Below, in pieces: positions 11,101 to 20,589 of a stretch of DNA of 64,000 nt. The stretch spans positions 5,606-69,605 of the IMG/VR virus record IMGVR_UViG_3300029543_000205, one strand, 5' to 3'. The notes under the pieces were generated by a model. It saw only the letters and a list, made by a program, of their open reading frames with translations. It made no database searches and was not told the origin of the DNA. Origin of the DNA: a virus (lineage: Duplodnaviria; Heunggongvirae; Uroviricota; Caudoviricetes). The position numbers and the translations under genes are program-made. Positions within the stretch are counted from its first letter, which is position 1; every line of letters begins with the position of its first letter.

Positions 11101-12855
11101 TTCTTTTAGCTTCTCTCCGAACATTCTTCCTATCTCTGTGAAATCAGCATCCGCCCATGCGTCCTTAACCATTTCCGCAAGGTCTTTGTACTTATCAGCT
11201 ACCGCATCTGTCTCATATCCGCTTCCATCAGCTCCGCTGTTGCTGCCGCTGCCGCTTTTATCGTCACTCAGGATATTAAGCTCATCTATGCCGGTGGTAA
11301 GGTTCTTTGCCGCCTTTGCTGCGCTATTTAAGGAATCTGTATAATCTTTGTTCTGTCGTATTGCCTTGGTGTAGAACTTCTTGCCTGTAAGTGCTGAGAA
11401 GAACTGTGCCAACGCGTTTGTTGCTGCAACGAGCTTCTGAATCAGATAATCCAGAATTGGAGTAACCACATTCAGGATTGGTTCAAATGCAGTTGTCAGT
11501 GATGCTCCAAGCTGACGTAAATCGTTATAAAGAAGATTTACGTTTTTGTGAAACTCTGTTCCGGCTCTTTTTGAATAAATAACAAGGTTGTCGAATCCTG
11601 TTTTTACGAGTTCAAATAGGTGTGTAAACATTGAGCGCAGTAACATGAATGTTCCAAGTCGGAGGATGGAACCCAGTTTCTTTGCAAACGCTCCACTCTG
11701 TTTTTCAGAAAAACCAAGGCTCTCTCTGACACGCTTTTTGAGTTCCTTGAATTTGTTTATAATTGCAGCAATCCCAGAACGGATTTTATTCACTACCGTT
11801 TTCACGGCAGAAATTATTTTTTGCACCTCATTCTTTACGGCATTTGCTACCTGTCTTACGGCATTGATAATGGCAGTGAGTATTGTCAGTATGATACCGA
11901 TAATAGGAATTGCCGACTGTACTGCTTCCAATCCAACTGCCATAGACTGGAATCCGGCATTTGCCGCCATGCCCCCGGTTTCAATGGCCGGAAGAATTGA
12001 TGCAATTCCACTTAATATAGAAGAAAAAGTTCCAAGTCCGCATTTCTGTGCGGCATCCCCTATGGACTTAATGGACTTTGCCACATCCTCCATATTCTTA
12101 GGAGACTGTGAAACCGTTTCCTTGAACTGCTTAAACTGTTCCTGAGCCTGTCTGAGACCATTCACAGCTTCCTCATACTGACCGGTATCAAACCGTATCT
12201 TCCCACTCTCCATACCGCTAACAGTGGCTTTGTACTTATTGATCTGGTCTATGAGTTCCTGAATACGTCTATTAGCCGGATTTGTGTTTGCCTGATTGAG
12301 ACTTTCGTTTAAGTTTGTCTGTCCGGCTGCTGCACTCTGCCCGGCGGTTCCGAGGTTACTTTCCTCCTGCGCCAACTGACTTGCCGCTGATGCAGCACCG
12401 TTCATTGCTGCCTGTGCCTCTTCTGATGCGGTCGCAACGCTTTCTGTGGCTGCTGCTGCTTGCTGACCGTTCTCCAAAGGCTGTACACGTCTCTGCGCGC
12501 CCTCAGAATCAATTCTGATGCTGACACGGTTATTTGATCCGAGGTTTCCAAGTGCTGTGCTGACTTCCTTTACGGTAGCCGCAACCTCTTTCAGTTTTGC
12601 CGTATCAACTCCTGACAGAGACTTAATGGATGATGCAATGTTTCTCATGCCACTTCCGGCATTTTTAAGATCATCTCCAACGCCGGAGAAACCACGCATT
12701 ACATCAAGAATCTGTTTTAACTTTTCTGTATCTAATCCCTCAGTGATTTTCTTCATTGAGGTAAGAGCTTTTGTTACTTTATCAATACCACCGTCTGCCT
12801 TATCAGTGGTGGCTTCTATTTCCAATAAAATGCTATCTACTCTGTTATCAGGCAT
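8170..12855 (-). CDS. tail tape measure protein
   Basis: 1561 aa, coiled-coil N-terminus, long hydrophobic central segment, ~8 tandem 50-aa repeats (NITTWASKAKEWFNSSSFGG...), preceded by G/GT chaperone. Confidence 0.85.
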   Translation of the reverse strand: MPDNRVDSILLEIEATTDKADGGIDKVTKALTSMKKITEGLDTEKLKQILDVMRGFSGVGDDLKNAGSGMRNIASSIKSLSGVDTAKLKEVAATVKEVSTALGNLGSNNRVSIRIDSEGAQRRVQPLENGQQAAAATESVATASEEAQAAMNGAASAASQLAQEESNLGTAGQSAAAGQTNLNESLNQANTNPANRRIQELIDQINKYKATVSGMESGKIRFDTGQYEEAVNGLRQAQEQFKQFKETVSQSPKNMEDVAKSIKSIGDAAQKCGLGTFSSILSGIASILPAIETGGMAANAGFQSMAVGLEAVQSAIPIIGIILTILTAIINAVRQVANAVKNEVQKIISAVKTVVNKIRSGIAAIINKFKELKKRVRESLGFSEKQSGAFAKKLGSILRLGTFMLLRSMFTHLFELVKTGFDNLVIYSKRAGTEFHKNVNLLYNDLRQLGASLTTAFEPILNVVTPILDYLIQKLVAATNALAQFFSALTGKKFYTKAIRQNKDYTDSLNSAAKAAKNLTTGIDELNILSDDKSGSGSNSGADGSGYETDAVADKYKDLAEMVKDAWADADFTEIGRMFGEKLKEALENIPWDGIKATLRKIAKSIATFLNGFLETPGLFTEIGVTIAQAINSAFEFVDSFVENFHWSSLGTAIANLIIGALDTLDWTLINKTAKGLAQGIVDAINAALQTEDLWKKIGTAISNTINSAITFAKTFVKGLDWASLGTAIGNLLGNAIAGIDYDGIGETFAGFVNGVFTAVLNFSKTFPWTDIAKNFASGVNTALKNIDWKTVKDGFDSFCSGLGSNLNTAITNIDWELVGTTLGNSIKTLFSGIGKFLAKIDFKKIGSDFASAINKAVKTINWKDAGGTINSLITGVCTLINTLIDEVDWYELLKGVGTAMSEIDWDTILKTVFKVFAAKWTFKNLFKWVSWTAIWNELKTSVVEGISKKFGIGSDDGEINTVGEKIVSGLLGGISKSLLPAPLQTALSCFGNVTDVVKGIFGIGGSSDSTVFSTLGSNLVTAFNGGIGKKFSDCQAKVTEWAGKVNDWFSGTSFGKICKETWETHGQNIITGFKDKIGNAYTTTKDSITTWATKAKEWFNNSSFGGINVETWTGYANDIISGFKTKVGNAYTQTKDNITTWASKAKEWFNSSSFGGVNNGTWTTYANDIITGFKTKVGNTYTTTKDNITTWASKVKEWYTSSGFGNINSNTWQTYANNIISGFREKVGNTYTTTKNNITTWASGLKDWFSGSSFGNINNATWTTYAGNIITGFRNKIGLSYTDTKSNITTWASNLKTWFSDSGFGGINSSKWSTYAENIISGFKTKIGNSYTTCKSNITTWASNVKTWFTNTCSYDKWYDIAKNVVDGFKNGIGNLYSTCKNNIESWGSSIISWFKDKLDINSPSRVFRQLGVYSVEGYNEGIEKEGAKTKGFVTSWTDSFSNMEVNLGTRLKIDNAALKDYQNNYGSDFTNEAIVQRVTREVSTRGTVQATLNSGGGLKDAIKEALDDLGITTAVNDISRNTKTQADKKEQTIVEIGGKTVTDAVTTQRNANGYSFQGA
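8740..9700 (-). repeat. tandem ~150-bp coding repeats inside tape measure gene
   Basis: Protein repeats GFKxKxGNxYTxTKxNITTWAxxxKxWFxxSxFGxIN recur ~8 times. Confidence 0.55.
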
Positions 12856-12981
12856 TTTGCCACCTCACTTCGTTGAAACCCTGTCCGTGGGTGGTATTGT
12901 TTTGTCCGAATATAAGAAAACATGGGGAACTGCGCCGGACTTGCGCCGTTTCGGTTCGTCAACCTATCCCCATGTAATCAG

Positions 12982-13718
12982 CTACTTTTCTCTTCGCTGT
13001 CTCAATCGCTTATTATGTTCTGCGGCAAAGGCAGCGAATCTGTCTGCATCCGTCATTTTTGCTCCCGGCGGTGCGCTCTCTGTGCTGTTCATGCTTCTCG
13101 GTTGGCTTGGGTATGCCGGAGAATTTTTGCTAAGGAATATCGCCATGGCATCTACGACATACGAACCAACGGACCACGCCAATGTATCTATTGCCGTAGC
13201 CTGCTCTTTTGCCTCCATCTCTCTCTTCTTTTGGAATGGTTCTAATTTCTTAGGGTTCAGTTTCCAGAAAGTATCATAGGAAACACCATAGAGAAGAGCG
13301 TTTGGAAGCCAAACTTTATTGATAATCTCAGTAAACGATTTGTATTTGCTGAGATCTATTTCCTCTACTCTGTTGCCGCCTTGGTTTTCTTTCCGCTGTT
13401 CTTCGGAGTTTCCTCGGCTTCCTCGCCAAAACCCGCGGTTTTCATTGCCTCCGTAAACGCTCCCATGACTTCATCCATAGATCCGCCATATTTGAGATGT
13501 TCGCTTAAAATCTTCCCGGCTGTAGTAAGATCCTTTGTGCCGGTCAGTACCGCAATAATTGCTCTGATTGTCTTAAAAATCTTCATGTTCTCTCTGGTAT
13601 CATCATCCAGAAGTCCCATGACATCTACATCGTGATCTTCCAGATCACACATAAGGTTTGTAAAATCCAGTTCCGCTACTTTAATTTCCTTGGGACCATT
13701 CGCTGTCTGTAAAATCAT
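12982..13718 (-). CDS. tail assembly chaperone G (13365-13718) and G-T fusion via programmed -1 frameshift
   Basis: 117-aa G ORF; -1 frame is open from slippery GGGTTTT (plus 13428-13434) through 12982; T-frame ORF ends 127 bp before tape measure start. Confidence 0.55.
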
Positions 13719-13796
13719 ATTATTAACCGTCCTTTCGTTAATCTGTCCTATTTATGTGGCAGAGGAATGATCCCCTGCCACTAAGCTACTTTTTAA

Positions 13797-14288
13797 TTAC
13801 GCAGTTACAAAATGAAGTGCTTCTGTTCCCTCATCTGTGATAGAGAATGACATCTCTCTCGCATTGTTTGAGGAACCACTGTTCGGATATACTGCCATGA
13901 CACCGGACCACTCCCACTTACCGTCAATGCCCTCTTCTCCAAACCAGATCTGGTAGGTTTCAACCTTACCGGACTCCTGGATGGCAAGTAACTTCTGGTA
14001 ATCTGCTTTTTCATACCATGACTTAAAGTTAAGGTCTCCAGTATCTTCAATACCGTTAATGGTTCTCTTCTTTTTGTCAGAAAGAGTGGTTACATCGAGT
14101 TTTTCCTTTTCTCCACCGAGATCCGGGTACTCTGTAATGTCAACCAGTTTTTCAAATGTATCACTGTCACTCTTTTTCTTCATCAGATAAGTTGTGTTAG
14201 TACATTTAGCCATCTTCGTTCTACCTCCTTGTGTTTTCCTTTGCCTAAGAGGTAAAGCCTTGAATTTATTAAAACCACCGGCAGACAC
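13797..14288 (-). CDS. major tail protein (probable start at internal Met ~14213)
   Basis: Position between tail terminator-like gene and G/GT; ~138 aa from MAKCTNTTYL. Confidence 0.45.
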   Translation of the reverse strand: MSAGGFNKFKALPLRQRKTQGGRTKMAKCTNTTYLMKKKSDSDTFEKLVDITEYPDLGGEKEKLDVTTLSDKKKRTINGIEDTGDLNFKSWYEKADYQKLLAIQESGKVETYQIWFGEEGIDGKWEWSGVMAVYPNSGSSNNAREMSFSITDEGTEALHFVTA

Positions 14289-14331
14289 CAGGCGAGTGCT
14301 TTTCGGGAGCGACCCTAGCCGATGGAGTTAA

Positions 14332-14700
14332 TCATGTTTCCAGTTTTGAGAACCGGGTAAGGAATTGTGAAATGGAAGTATCGCTCACATTCTCCACAGG
14401 AGAGAAATAATCACAATGAAATCCAATCCCTACCATATATTCCCTTGCGGAATTTGCTAACTTCCGCACTTCTGAGGCGGATTTGTTTGAATAGAATTTG
14501 ACTTCCAATCCAAGATTGATACCGTCCTCTGTATTTGAAAGTGTGGATAACGCTCCGTCTCCGCCTATCTGTTTGAAATACATATAGGGGAATGACGGTG
14601 GTGTAGCTTTATACACCTGTCCTCCTTTCAAACTGCTGTATTGTTTCTGCAAGTCTTTCAGGAGGTTCGTAAAATACAAATTCACATTGTCCTTAACCAT
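14332..14700 (-). CDS. tail completion/terminator-like protein
   Basis: 122-aa ORF, position-based. Confidence 0.3.
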   Translation of the reverse strand: MVKDNVNLYFTNLLKDLQKQYSSLKGGQVYKATPPSFPYMYFKQIGGDGALSTLSNTEDGINLGLEVKFYSNKSASEVRKLANSAREYMVGIGFHCDYFSPVENVSDTSISQFLTRFSKLET

Positions 14701-15328
14701 CCTTGAATACCTCGCTTGCTATTTTTTGTGCTTCTTTCCTCAGATATTGCGCCGTCTCATACATGAACGGTCTTGACGGCATACCCTCTGTAAATCGCCA
14801 TGTGCCATCATCAGCCGGATAATACCAACCCTCTCTGCCGTCTTTCGTGGTAAAGATTGTTGCTCCGGAATTGTACGCCCAGTTCATTATTGCCTTGTAC
14901 TCTTCGCTTGGGTGGGAACTGTCCCTACCCTTTACGCCAGTACCGAACTCAATGTACTTGCAGTACCCTCCGGCACTTATTATTCCAACTCCCTCTGCCT
15001 CATCCAGATAACCGATAATGGAAGATCTTGCCGTACCGGTATCAACCGGAACTAACTCCTGTGCCTTTTCAACTCCGAGGTCTGTAAGCCTCTGTATAAG
15101 TTTCTCTGCGCATTTGTGTATACGTTCTTTCCGCTTTTCCAGTTTCTTAATAGCCTCATCTATGCTGTCCGGGTCAAAGGGATTGATCGTTATTTTGTCC
15201 TGCATGGATATTCCCCTTAATCTTCCGTATCGCCCATAGATTCTGTTGCAAATCATGTTTCGGGCAGACACATATATAATCCGGTTCTGTATCTGTGGAA
15301 CCGTCCTCGTTGAGAATAGGAACCACAT
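14693..15328 (-). CDS. HK97 gp10-family tail-component protein (start probably ~15207)
   Basis: Motif VPVDTGTARSSI matches HK97-gp10 family signature. Confidence 0.55.
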   Translation of the reverse strand: MWFLFSTRTVPQIQNRIIYVSARNMICNRIYGRYGRLRGISMQDKITINPFDPDSIDEAIKKLEKRKERIHKCAEKLIQRLTDLGVEKAQELVPVDTGTARSSIIGYLDEAEGVGIISAGGYCKYIEFGTGVKGRDSSHPSEEYKAIMNWAYNSGATIFTTKDGREGWYYPADDGTWRFTEGMPSRPFMYETAQYLRKEAQKIASEVFKDG

Positions 15329-15605
15329 CTATGAAGAGTTTTGAGTATTCATCAATCGGCAATTTCTGTACGGTTGATATGGTCTTGTCGTAGACAATAT
15401 CTTTACCAAATGGGGAGTCCTCGGCATTTCCTGAGTTCGGACTTACTCTCGCAAGCACACGAACCGGATTTGAATACTTCGGTATACTCTCCCCGGTAAG
15501 GTTGCCATCCTCGTCCACTTCATCCACCGTTCCGTCATAGGTCTGGTAATAAAAAGGAACTTGGTTCAATCTGAGGTCTTTAAGTCTCAGCTTCGGCATT
15601 GCCAT
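15174..15605 (-). CDS. head closure / head-tail adaptor protein
   Basis: 143-aa ORF in connector position. Confidence 0.4.
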   Translation of the reverse strand: MAMPKLRLKDLRLNQVPFYYQTYDGTVDEVDEDGNLTGESIPKYSNPVRVLARVSPNSGNAEDSPFGKDIVYDKTISTVQKLPIDEYSKLFIDVVPILNEDGSTDTEPDYICVCPKHDLQQNLWAIRKIKGNIHAGQNNDQSL

Positions 15606-15945
15606 CCCTCCTTAACAGACCGACATAGGTTTTGGGTGGAATCTTTGCCAAGGCCAACTCAATATCTTTCTTACCTGTCTGCCCCCAGTTCCGGGTAACT
15701 CCAAGCTCTGTGTGAGATACAAGTCCGCCCCTCGCATCATCAGAGTTTATGGCTTTCGCCAAATCATAGATTTCAAACTCATACCGGTTATAAAATCTCT
15801 CCAACTCTGCATCTGTCGGAATATCATCATCCGCCCAAAAGTGTTGATTTGCAGCCTGTTTCTGAGCTTTCACGAGGAGGACGGCAATCTGTTCGTCAGT
15901 AAGAGTTTCATCGTCTAAAATGACTTTCAACAATTTAGCGTCCAT
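15580..15945 (-). CDS. head-tail connector (gp6-like) protein
   Basis: 121-aa ORF immediately downstream of capsid gene. Confidence 0.4.
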   Translation of the reverse strand: MDAKLLKVILDDETLTDEQIAVLLVKAQKQAANQHFWADDDIPTDAELERFYNRYEFEIYDLAKAINSDDARGGLVSHTELGVTRNWGQTGKKDIELALAKIPPKTYVGLLRRDGNAEAET

Positions 15946-15960
15946 AATCCGTCCTCACTT

Positions 15961-16199
15961 TCTTACCCTTGCTGAGTTAAAAACTCTGCGATCAGCTTTG
16001 CTTTTACGGTTTCTTTCATGTCATACCCACGTTCCGTTGCGATAGCCTTAATCTGCGCTACTGTCAGAGCGTTAAGTTCTTCCTCTGTGTATTTCTTGTC
16101 AGTAGCCGTCTCTTCTGAAACCGCATCCGTTGATGTGGAAACAGAAGAATCAACTACCTCGGAACTACCGTCAAGGGTATGACCTGTTATTCCCCCCCC
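15961..16199 (-). other. candidate -1 frameshift C-terminal extension of major capsid protein (75 codons, Rho_N/SAP-like helical motif)
   Basis: G8 tract (plus C8 16192-16199) two codons before capsid stop; -1 frame open to TAA at 15961-15963 encoding ...KKYTEEELNALTVAQIKAIATERGYD...; no ATG start for that ORF. Confidence 0.35.
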
Positions 16200-17182
16200 G
16201 CTGTACCTGTTGTACCGCTTGCCGTGATCTTGCTAGGAAGATCTGTGGAAATATTAGTGAACTTCGCACTCATCCACTCAGGACCGTGATCCAGACCGAT
16301 CTGACCGAAGATCTGATAAGTTTCTCCTGCGCCTGTCTTAGCAAGCTGCTCTAAGAAGAAATTACCCTTACCAGGAACCATCTGATGAACAGGAGCCATG
16401 ATGGACGGATCGAACAGAACGGCAGTGCCGGCAGGCATGGTATCGAACAATGCGACTGCCACCTCTCCAAGAGGGGTTACTACGGTCTGTAACTTGATAC
16501 CGTTTACTTCTCTTCCGAGAGGAACGATAGTCAGGTTGTTCTGCTGAGCGTCAAGGTTGAGCTGCAACATAGTGGTTGCATCTACACCGAGAACGATGTT
16601 ATCTGTCTTTGCTCCCTGATCGTGAATGGACTTTAATCCCTCTGCTACAAGCCAGTAGGTAAGAGGTTTCTTTGCGAGATCGAGTATGTTGGTTGTAATC
16701 GCAGTCAGAAGTCCTCTGGTCTGGTTTGCCTCTGCATCAGTAGTAGCTTTCGCATACTTACCATTGATGAAAGTGTACTCAATATCCTGTGCGATCTTCG
16801 CCATTCTACGAGATACCTGGAACGCAAGTTCATCCATAGGATTTGCCTGCTGACCGGCTACGTTGATACCCTGCAGTGTACCCATGTTGCTCTGCTTTCC
16901 ATAAGAAATCGCTACGGACTTCTGGAAGATCTGAGTTACGTTGGTAAGCTGACTTCTGGTTACGATTTCCGGCTGTGGAGCGGTAAGGGATGCTGTCTCA
17001 GAAATCTTAGGCTGTTCGCCTGTTTCTGTGTTGTACTCCTGACCGCAAGTAAACTCTACATGATTGGTTACAAGAGGTCTTGCGCCAATCATAGTAGAGA
17101 ACGGTGTTGCCTGCTGCCCTTTAGCGAATAACATTCCGCTAAAATTAGGAACAGCGAATGATGTTGCTGTGCCCTGTGCCAT
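16187..17182 (-). CDS. major capsid protein
   Basis: 331 aa downstream of scaffold-like gene; size/position; Ala/Gly/Thr-rich. Confidence 0.65.
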   Translation of the reverse strand: MAQGTATSFAVPNFSGMLFAKGQQATPFSTMIGARPLVTNHVEFTCGQEYNTETGEQPKISETASLTAPQPEIVTRSQLTNVTQIFQKSVAISYGKQSNMGTLQGINVAGQQANPMDELAFQVSRRMAKIAQDIEYTFINGKYAKATTDAEANQTRGLLTAITTNILDLAKKPLTYWLVAEGLKSIHDQGAKTDNIVLGVDATTMLQLNLDAQQNNLTIVPLGREVNGIKLQTVVTPLGEVAVALFDTMPAGTAVLFDPSIMAPVHQMVPGKGNFFLEQLAKTGAGETYQIFGQIGLDHGPEWMSAKFTNISTDLPSKITASGTTGTAGGE

Positions 17183-17203
17183 AATTCATTACCTCCTTAA
17201 AAG

Positions 17204-18052
17204 TTATGCCTGCTGATTGTTAGCGGCATTTTGACTTAATATTGCAAGAACGGCGGCCTGTGTATCGCCTGCGTCCATTGCCTGCTTGATCTGTGCTGAA
17301 TAGTCAACCTGGCCTACGTTTCCAGACTGCGGTGTAGGCATCTGAGCTAAATACTGTGCGCGGATTTCAGACTCTTTCTGCTTATCCCTCTCTGCCATGA
17401 ACTTAGAGATGTTTCCAGTAACGACATCCATATTTCCCTCATACTCTGCCGTTGCCGTTGCCTTTGCCATTTCGGTAGGCATACCCATTCCTAAGTAACG
17501 CTCCGATGATTCTGTTACCGACTTGAACTTTTCCAGTTCCTTGACATAGGCATCTCTCTGTGCCGCCTGTTCAGCCTTTGCTTCCGCTTCCTGTTCCTCG
17601 GCTGTCTGCTTAGCTCTGAGCTGTTTTCTCAGATTGCCCTCGGATGTGCATAACTTGTCATTGTCAGACTTTAACTTGGCATTATTGGCCTTTTCCTGCG
17701 CAAGCTGTGCCATAAGGCTTTCAACTGTAAGTTCATTGCTGTTGCTGTTATCCTCCGGCTTGGTTGTCTGAGACTGCTGCTGAGTACCGGGAACCTGAGT
17801 AGTAGGCTGCTTCTGCGGTTCTGTCTGAGACTGCTGCTGTGTCTGGTTCTGAGTTGCTGTACTGTTTACATCTGCCATAATTGACCTCCTGCGTTTGAAC
17901 GGTTCTCTCCGTATAAATTTCTGCGTTTTTTTACTTGCGTCTCTGCAAGACAATAGTTGTATGCGTTTTGTAAGGATTTTCTCTAACCCGTTATGTGATA
18001 GGGATTTCTCCCTGAATAACCGAAAAATGAGCCGGACACGATTCATCATCAC
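17204..18052 (-). CDS. capsid scaffolding protein (likely start MADVNSTATQ ~17879)
   Basis: Q/E/A-rich coiled-coil protein between portal/MuF and capsid. Confidence 0.5.
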   Translation of the reverse strand: MMMNRVRLIFRLFREKSLSHNGLEKILTKRIQLLSCRDASKKTQKFIRREPFKRRRSIMADVNSTATQNQTQQQSQTEPQKQPTTQVPGTQQQSQTTKPEDNSNSNELTVESLMAQLAQEKANNAKLKSDNDKLCTSEGNLRKQLRAKQTAEEQEAEAKAEQAAQRDAYVKELEKFKSVTESSERYLGMGMPTEMAKATATAEYEGNMDVVTGNISKFMAERDKQKESEIRAQYLAQMPTPQSGNVGQVDYSAQIKQAMDAGDTQAAVLAILSQNAANNQQA

Positions 18053-18082
18053 ATCCGGCTCATAGGCTCTAACTGTATGAAG

Positions 18083-18268
18083 TTAGTTTTTCTTTGCTGC
18101 CTTTTTGGCAGTAGTTTTCTTGGTGGCAGTTTTCTTTGCAGTGGACTTCTTAGCTGCCGCTTTCTTATCAGAAGATTTCTTCGCAGTCTCCTTTTTGGAA
18201 GCTGCTACTTTCTTCTTATCGTCCATTTTCTTCTTGCCTGCTGCCGTCTTTTTGCTTGCTGTTGCCAT
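18083..18268 (-). CDS. lysine-rich histone-H1-like small basic protein
   Basis: 61 aa, 40% Lys, AAKK/TAKK repeats. Confidence 0.4.
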   Translation of the reverse strand: MATASKKTAAGKKKMDDKKKVAASKKETAKKSSDKKAAAKKSTAKKTATKKTTAKKAAKKN

Positions 18269-18285
18269 TGGCTCTACCTCCTAAT

Positions 18286-18945
18286 TTATAATTCTACGCA
18301 CCGGCAGTTGATTATTTCATCTATCGGTGCGCCCATACTATCATCAAGTGGGAACATCATTTTGTACCCATTGATGGTAAAAGGCTCATTTATCGGAACT
18401 GTCTGCCCGTCAGCCTCCCAATGGCTTACCCGGACACGTTCATCTCTCATGCTTACCCATGTATGGGTGTCCTGCCTCTCGGCAAGGTTCTGATGATTGA
18501 TCCAGTTATATATCCAGTTGGTTTCATTTAAGGCAATCTCGGTTGCTCTGACTTCCGAGAACATCCGCTTAACACTCTTTGGAACATCCTCTTCTTTCAT
18601 AATGCCACCGGTCATGCGAGACATTTTATAGTCATCGTTTCCGTTGGCGTTTGCTACCGCTCTTTCGGTTGCCTCCTGGATGTACTTTGCAAATCTGTAT
18701 GCCTTTTCTCTTACCTCAGTCTCGTACTGATATTCAGGAGCCATGGCAAAATAAAGATCCATAAGCTCATTTTCATAATCAGAACTCGACTTCTCGTAAA
18801 GGAATATCCCGGAGAGAAGATTCATAAACTGTGCTGCGAAGAAATCAACAAGGGCATTGATAAATTCCTTGGCGGTCTTTATCCGGCGGAGCTTATCATC
18901 TTTGAGGATATTCATTTCATCAAAGTATTGTACCGGATCATACAT
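18286..18945 (-). CDS. head morphogenesis protein (phage Mu F / SPP1 gp7 family)
   Basis: 219 aa directly after portal; VRVSHWEADGQ...INCRC C-terminal motif. Confidence 0.55.
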   Translation of the reverse strand: MYDPVQYFDEMNILKDDKLRRIKTAKEFINALVDFFAAQFMNLLSGIFLYEKSSSDYENELMDLYFAMAPEYQYETEVREKAYRFAKYIQEATERAVANANGNDDYKMSRMTGGIMKEEDVPKSVKRMFSEVRATEIALNETNWIYNWINHQNLAERQDTHTWVSMRDERVRVSHWEADGQTVPINEPFTINGYKMMFPLDDSMGAPIDEIINCRCVEL

Positions 18946-18957
18946 ATATCACACCGC

Positions 18958-20574
18958 CTATTCTTCTACCATTGCCGTTTTGCTCGGCTGCTTTGATTCC
19001 TCTGTCTTATCCTTTTCCTCGTTGTTCTCTCCGCCGTTCCCCTCATCATCCTTATAGGCGTTAGGGTTCGGCTGCTGTGTTTTCTCTTCCTTGGATGCAA
19101 GTTTCTTCTGGATGCCATCAATAATGTTCTTACTGTCAACCCATGCCTGCTGAGGATCTGTAAACAGTCCAACAGTATTGAATGAAGTGAGACCGTCTAC
19201 TCCGGCATTAAGTAATGCAACAAGGGAGTTTGTTTTAGACACCAGATCGTATGTCTTGGTTCTGCAGAAACGTATTTCAACGTCTGCCGTCTCTATATCT
19301 TTCAGACCGTCATACGGTCTCTGATCTGCCTTGATTATCTCTATTGCCAAATCAATAATCTGCATTTCCGGTTCCGTGAATAACTGCTCAACGGTCTTTG
19401 CAGAAATCTCCAAACACTGCCATCCATTGGATAACTGCATTGCTCCGGTGGTAGATCCGCCGCTCGCTTCCTGCCATGACGGAGTGGATGTAATCTGTTC
19501 CAACTGGGAATTGAGATGATCCACAAGTTTCTGCACCTCACTCTCATTCAATGTCTGATTGAGGTAGGTAATCTTTGCTTCCTTGCCGTCTCCGGTACTC
19601 TTTGTCATAATGACACCATCGCCGTCAACGAGATTTTTCTTACCCTCTTCATTCACTTGGCAGTTGTGCATCCAGAGTAAGGACTGAACGTGCTGCAATA
19701 TATCATTGATACGGTCTGAATCCACAAGGTTCATGGCATCCATGAGAGGGATAACCTTTTCAAAGATACCCATACGGTCATTCAGTGCAAACTCTACGAC
19801 CGGTATTCTTCTCAGTGGGTTCGGAGTGATATTCTCTTTCAAATGATAATCTGTTGTATTAAGCTCATGCTCAATGGTGTAACAGAATCTACTCGAATAT
19901 GCCGTGAGAGTGATAGTTCCATCATTGTGTATGAAGTAGGTGCATCCAAGCACCGGCTCTCTGTACGCGTCATTGGAATACACCACGAATGTTGTCAGAG
20001 GACTCGGAACCAAAAGTTCAAACGGAGAATATCGGCTTGAATTTCGGTTCGGCAGCATCATCTGGTAGCCGACACCGCAGATAAACAGATTTCTTCCAAG
20101 AGCAATGTCCTTTGCCGCTTTGCTCTGCTCCTGCATCATTTTGTTGAGCATGGCGATTTTCAAATCGTCAATGTTCTCTCCGTTATCCTCATCCTTTTTC
20201 TTTAAGAAACCGAATAAGGCTTTCTTCTGTTTCTTTGTCGGTTCTATCTTTGCTCTCTGTACGAAAGTGATCGGGTTGGAAAAACAATATCCCAGATGCA
20301 CGTCCACAATCTTTGAAGCATTGTTTTCTACGACTGTGGCATTGAGATCCGGTCTGATTTTCTTTTCACGGTTAAGAATTGGCTGATTGCCTTTCTCATA
20401 CTCAAAAAGAAAAACTTCCTGTGCCACATTCTCCTGGTGTTCCATAAACGCCTTAGATACAACCGATATGATATTGTCTTTCGTAATTTCCCTCTCATCA
20501 GTCATTAACATTCGTCTACCGAGAGTTGGACGGTTGCTTGCGTACATGAAGTTTCCCCTTTCCGAATAAAACAA
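18958..20574 (-). CDS. portal protein
   Basis: 538 aa, acidic C-terminus, first gene of head module, followed by MuF-like gene. Confidence 0.75.
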   Translation of the reverse strand: MFYSERGNFMYASNRPTLGRRMLMTDEREITKDNIISVVSKAFMEHQENVAQEVFLFEYEKGNQPILNREKKIRPDLNATVVENNASKIVDVHLGYCFSNPITFVQRAKIEPTKKQKKALFGFLKKKDEDNGENIDDLKIAMLNKMMQEQSKAAKDIALGRNLFICGVGYQMMLPNRNSSRYSPFELLVPSPLTTFVVYSNDAYREPVLGCTYFIHNDGTITLTAYSSRFCYTIEHELNTTDYHLKENITPNPLRRIPVVEFALNDRMGIFEKVIPLMDAMNLVDSDRINDILQHVQSLLWMHNCQVNEEGKKNLVDGDGVIMTKSTGDGKEAKITYLNQTLNESEVQKLVDHLNSQLEQITSTPSWQEASGGSTTGAMQLSNGWQCLEISAKTVEQLFTEPEMQIIDLAIEIIKADQRPYDGLKDIETADVEIRFCRTKTYDLVSKTNSLVALLNAGVDGLTSFNTVGLFTDPQQAWVDSKNIIDGIQKKLASKEEKTQQPNPNAYKDDEGNGGENNEEKDKTEESKQPSKTAMVEE

Positions 20575-20589
20575 AAGAACCGATCAAGT

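Noticed and set aside
9677-13279. Long plus-strand ORFs (318, 230, 185 and 253 aa) inside the tape-measure region
   Set aside because: They are antisense shadow ORFs of the repeat-rich 1561-aa minus-strand gene. They have low-complexity S/P/F-rich translations and no RBS or motif support.
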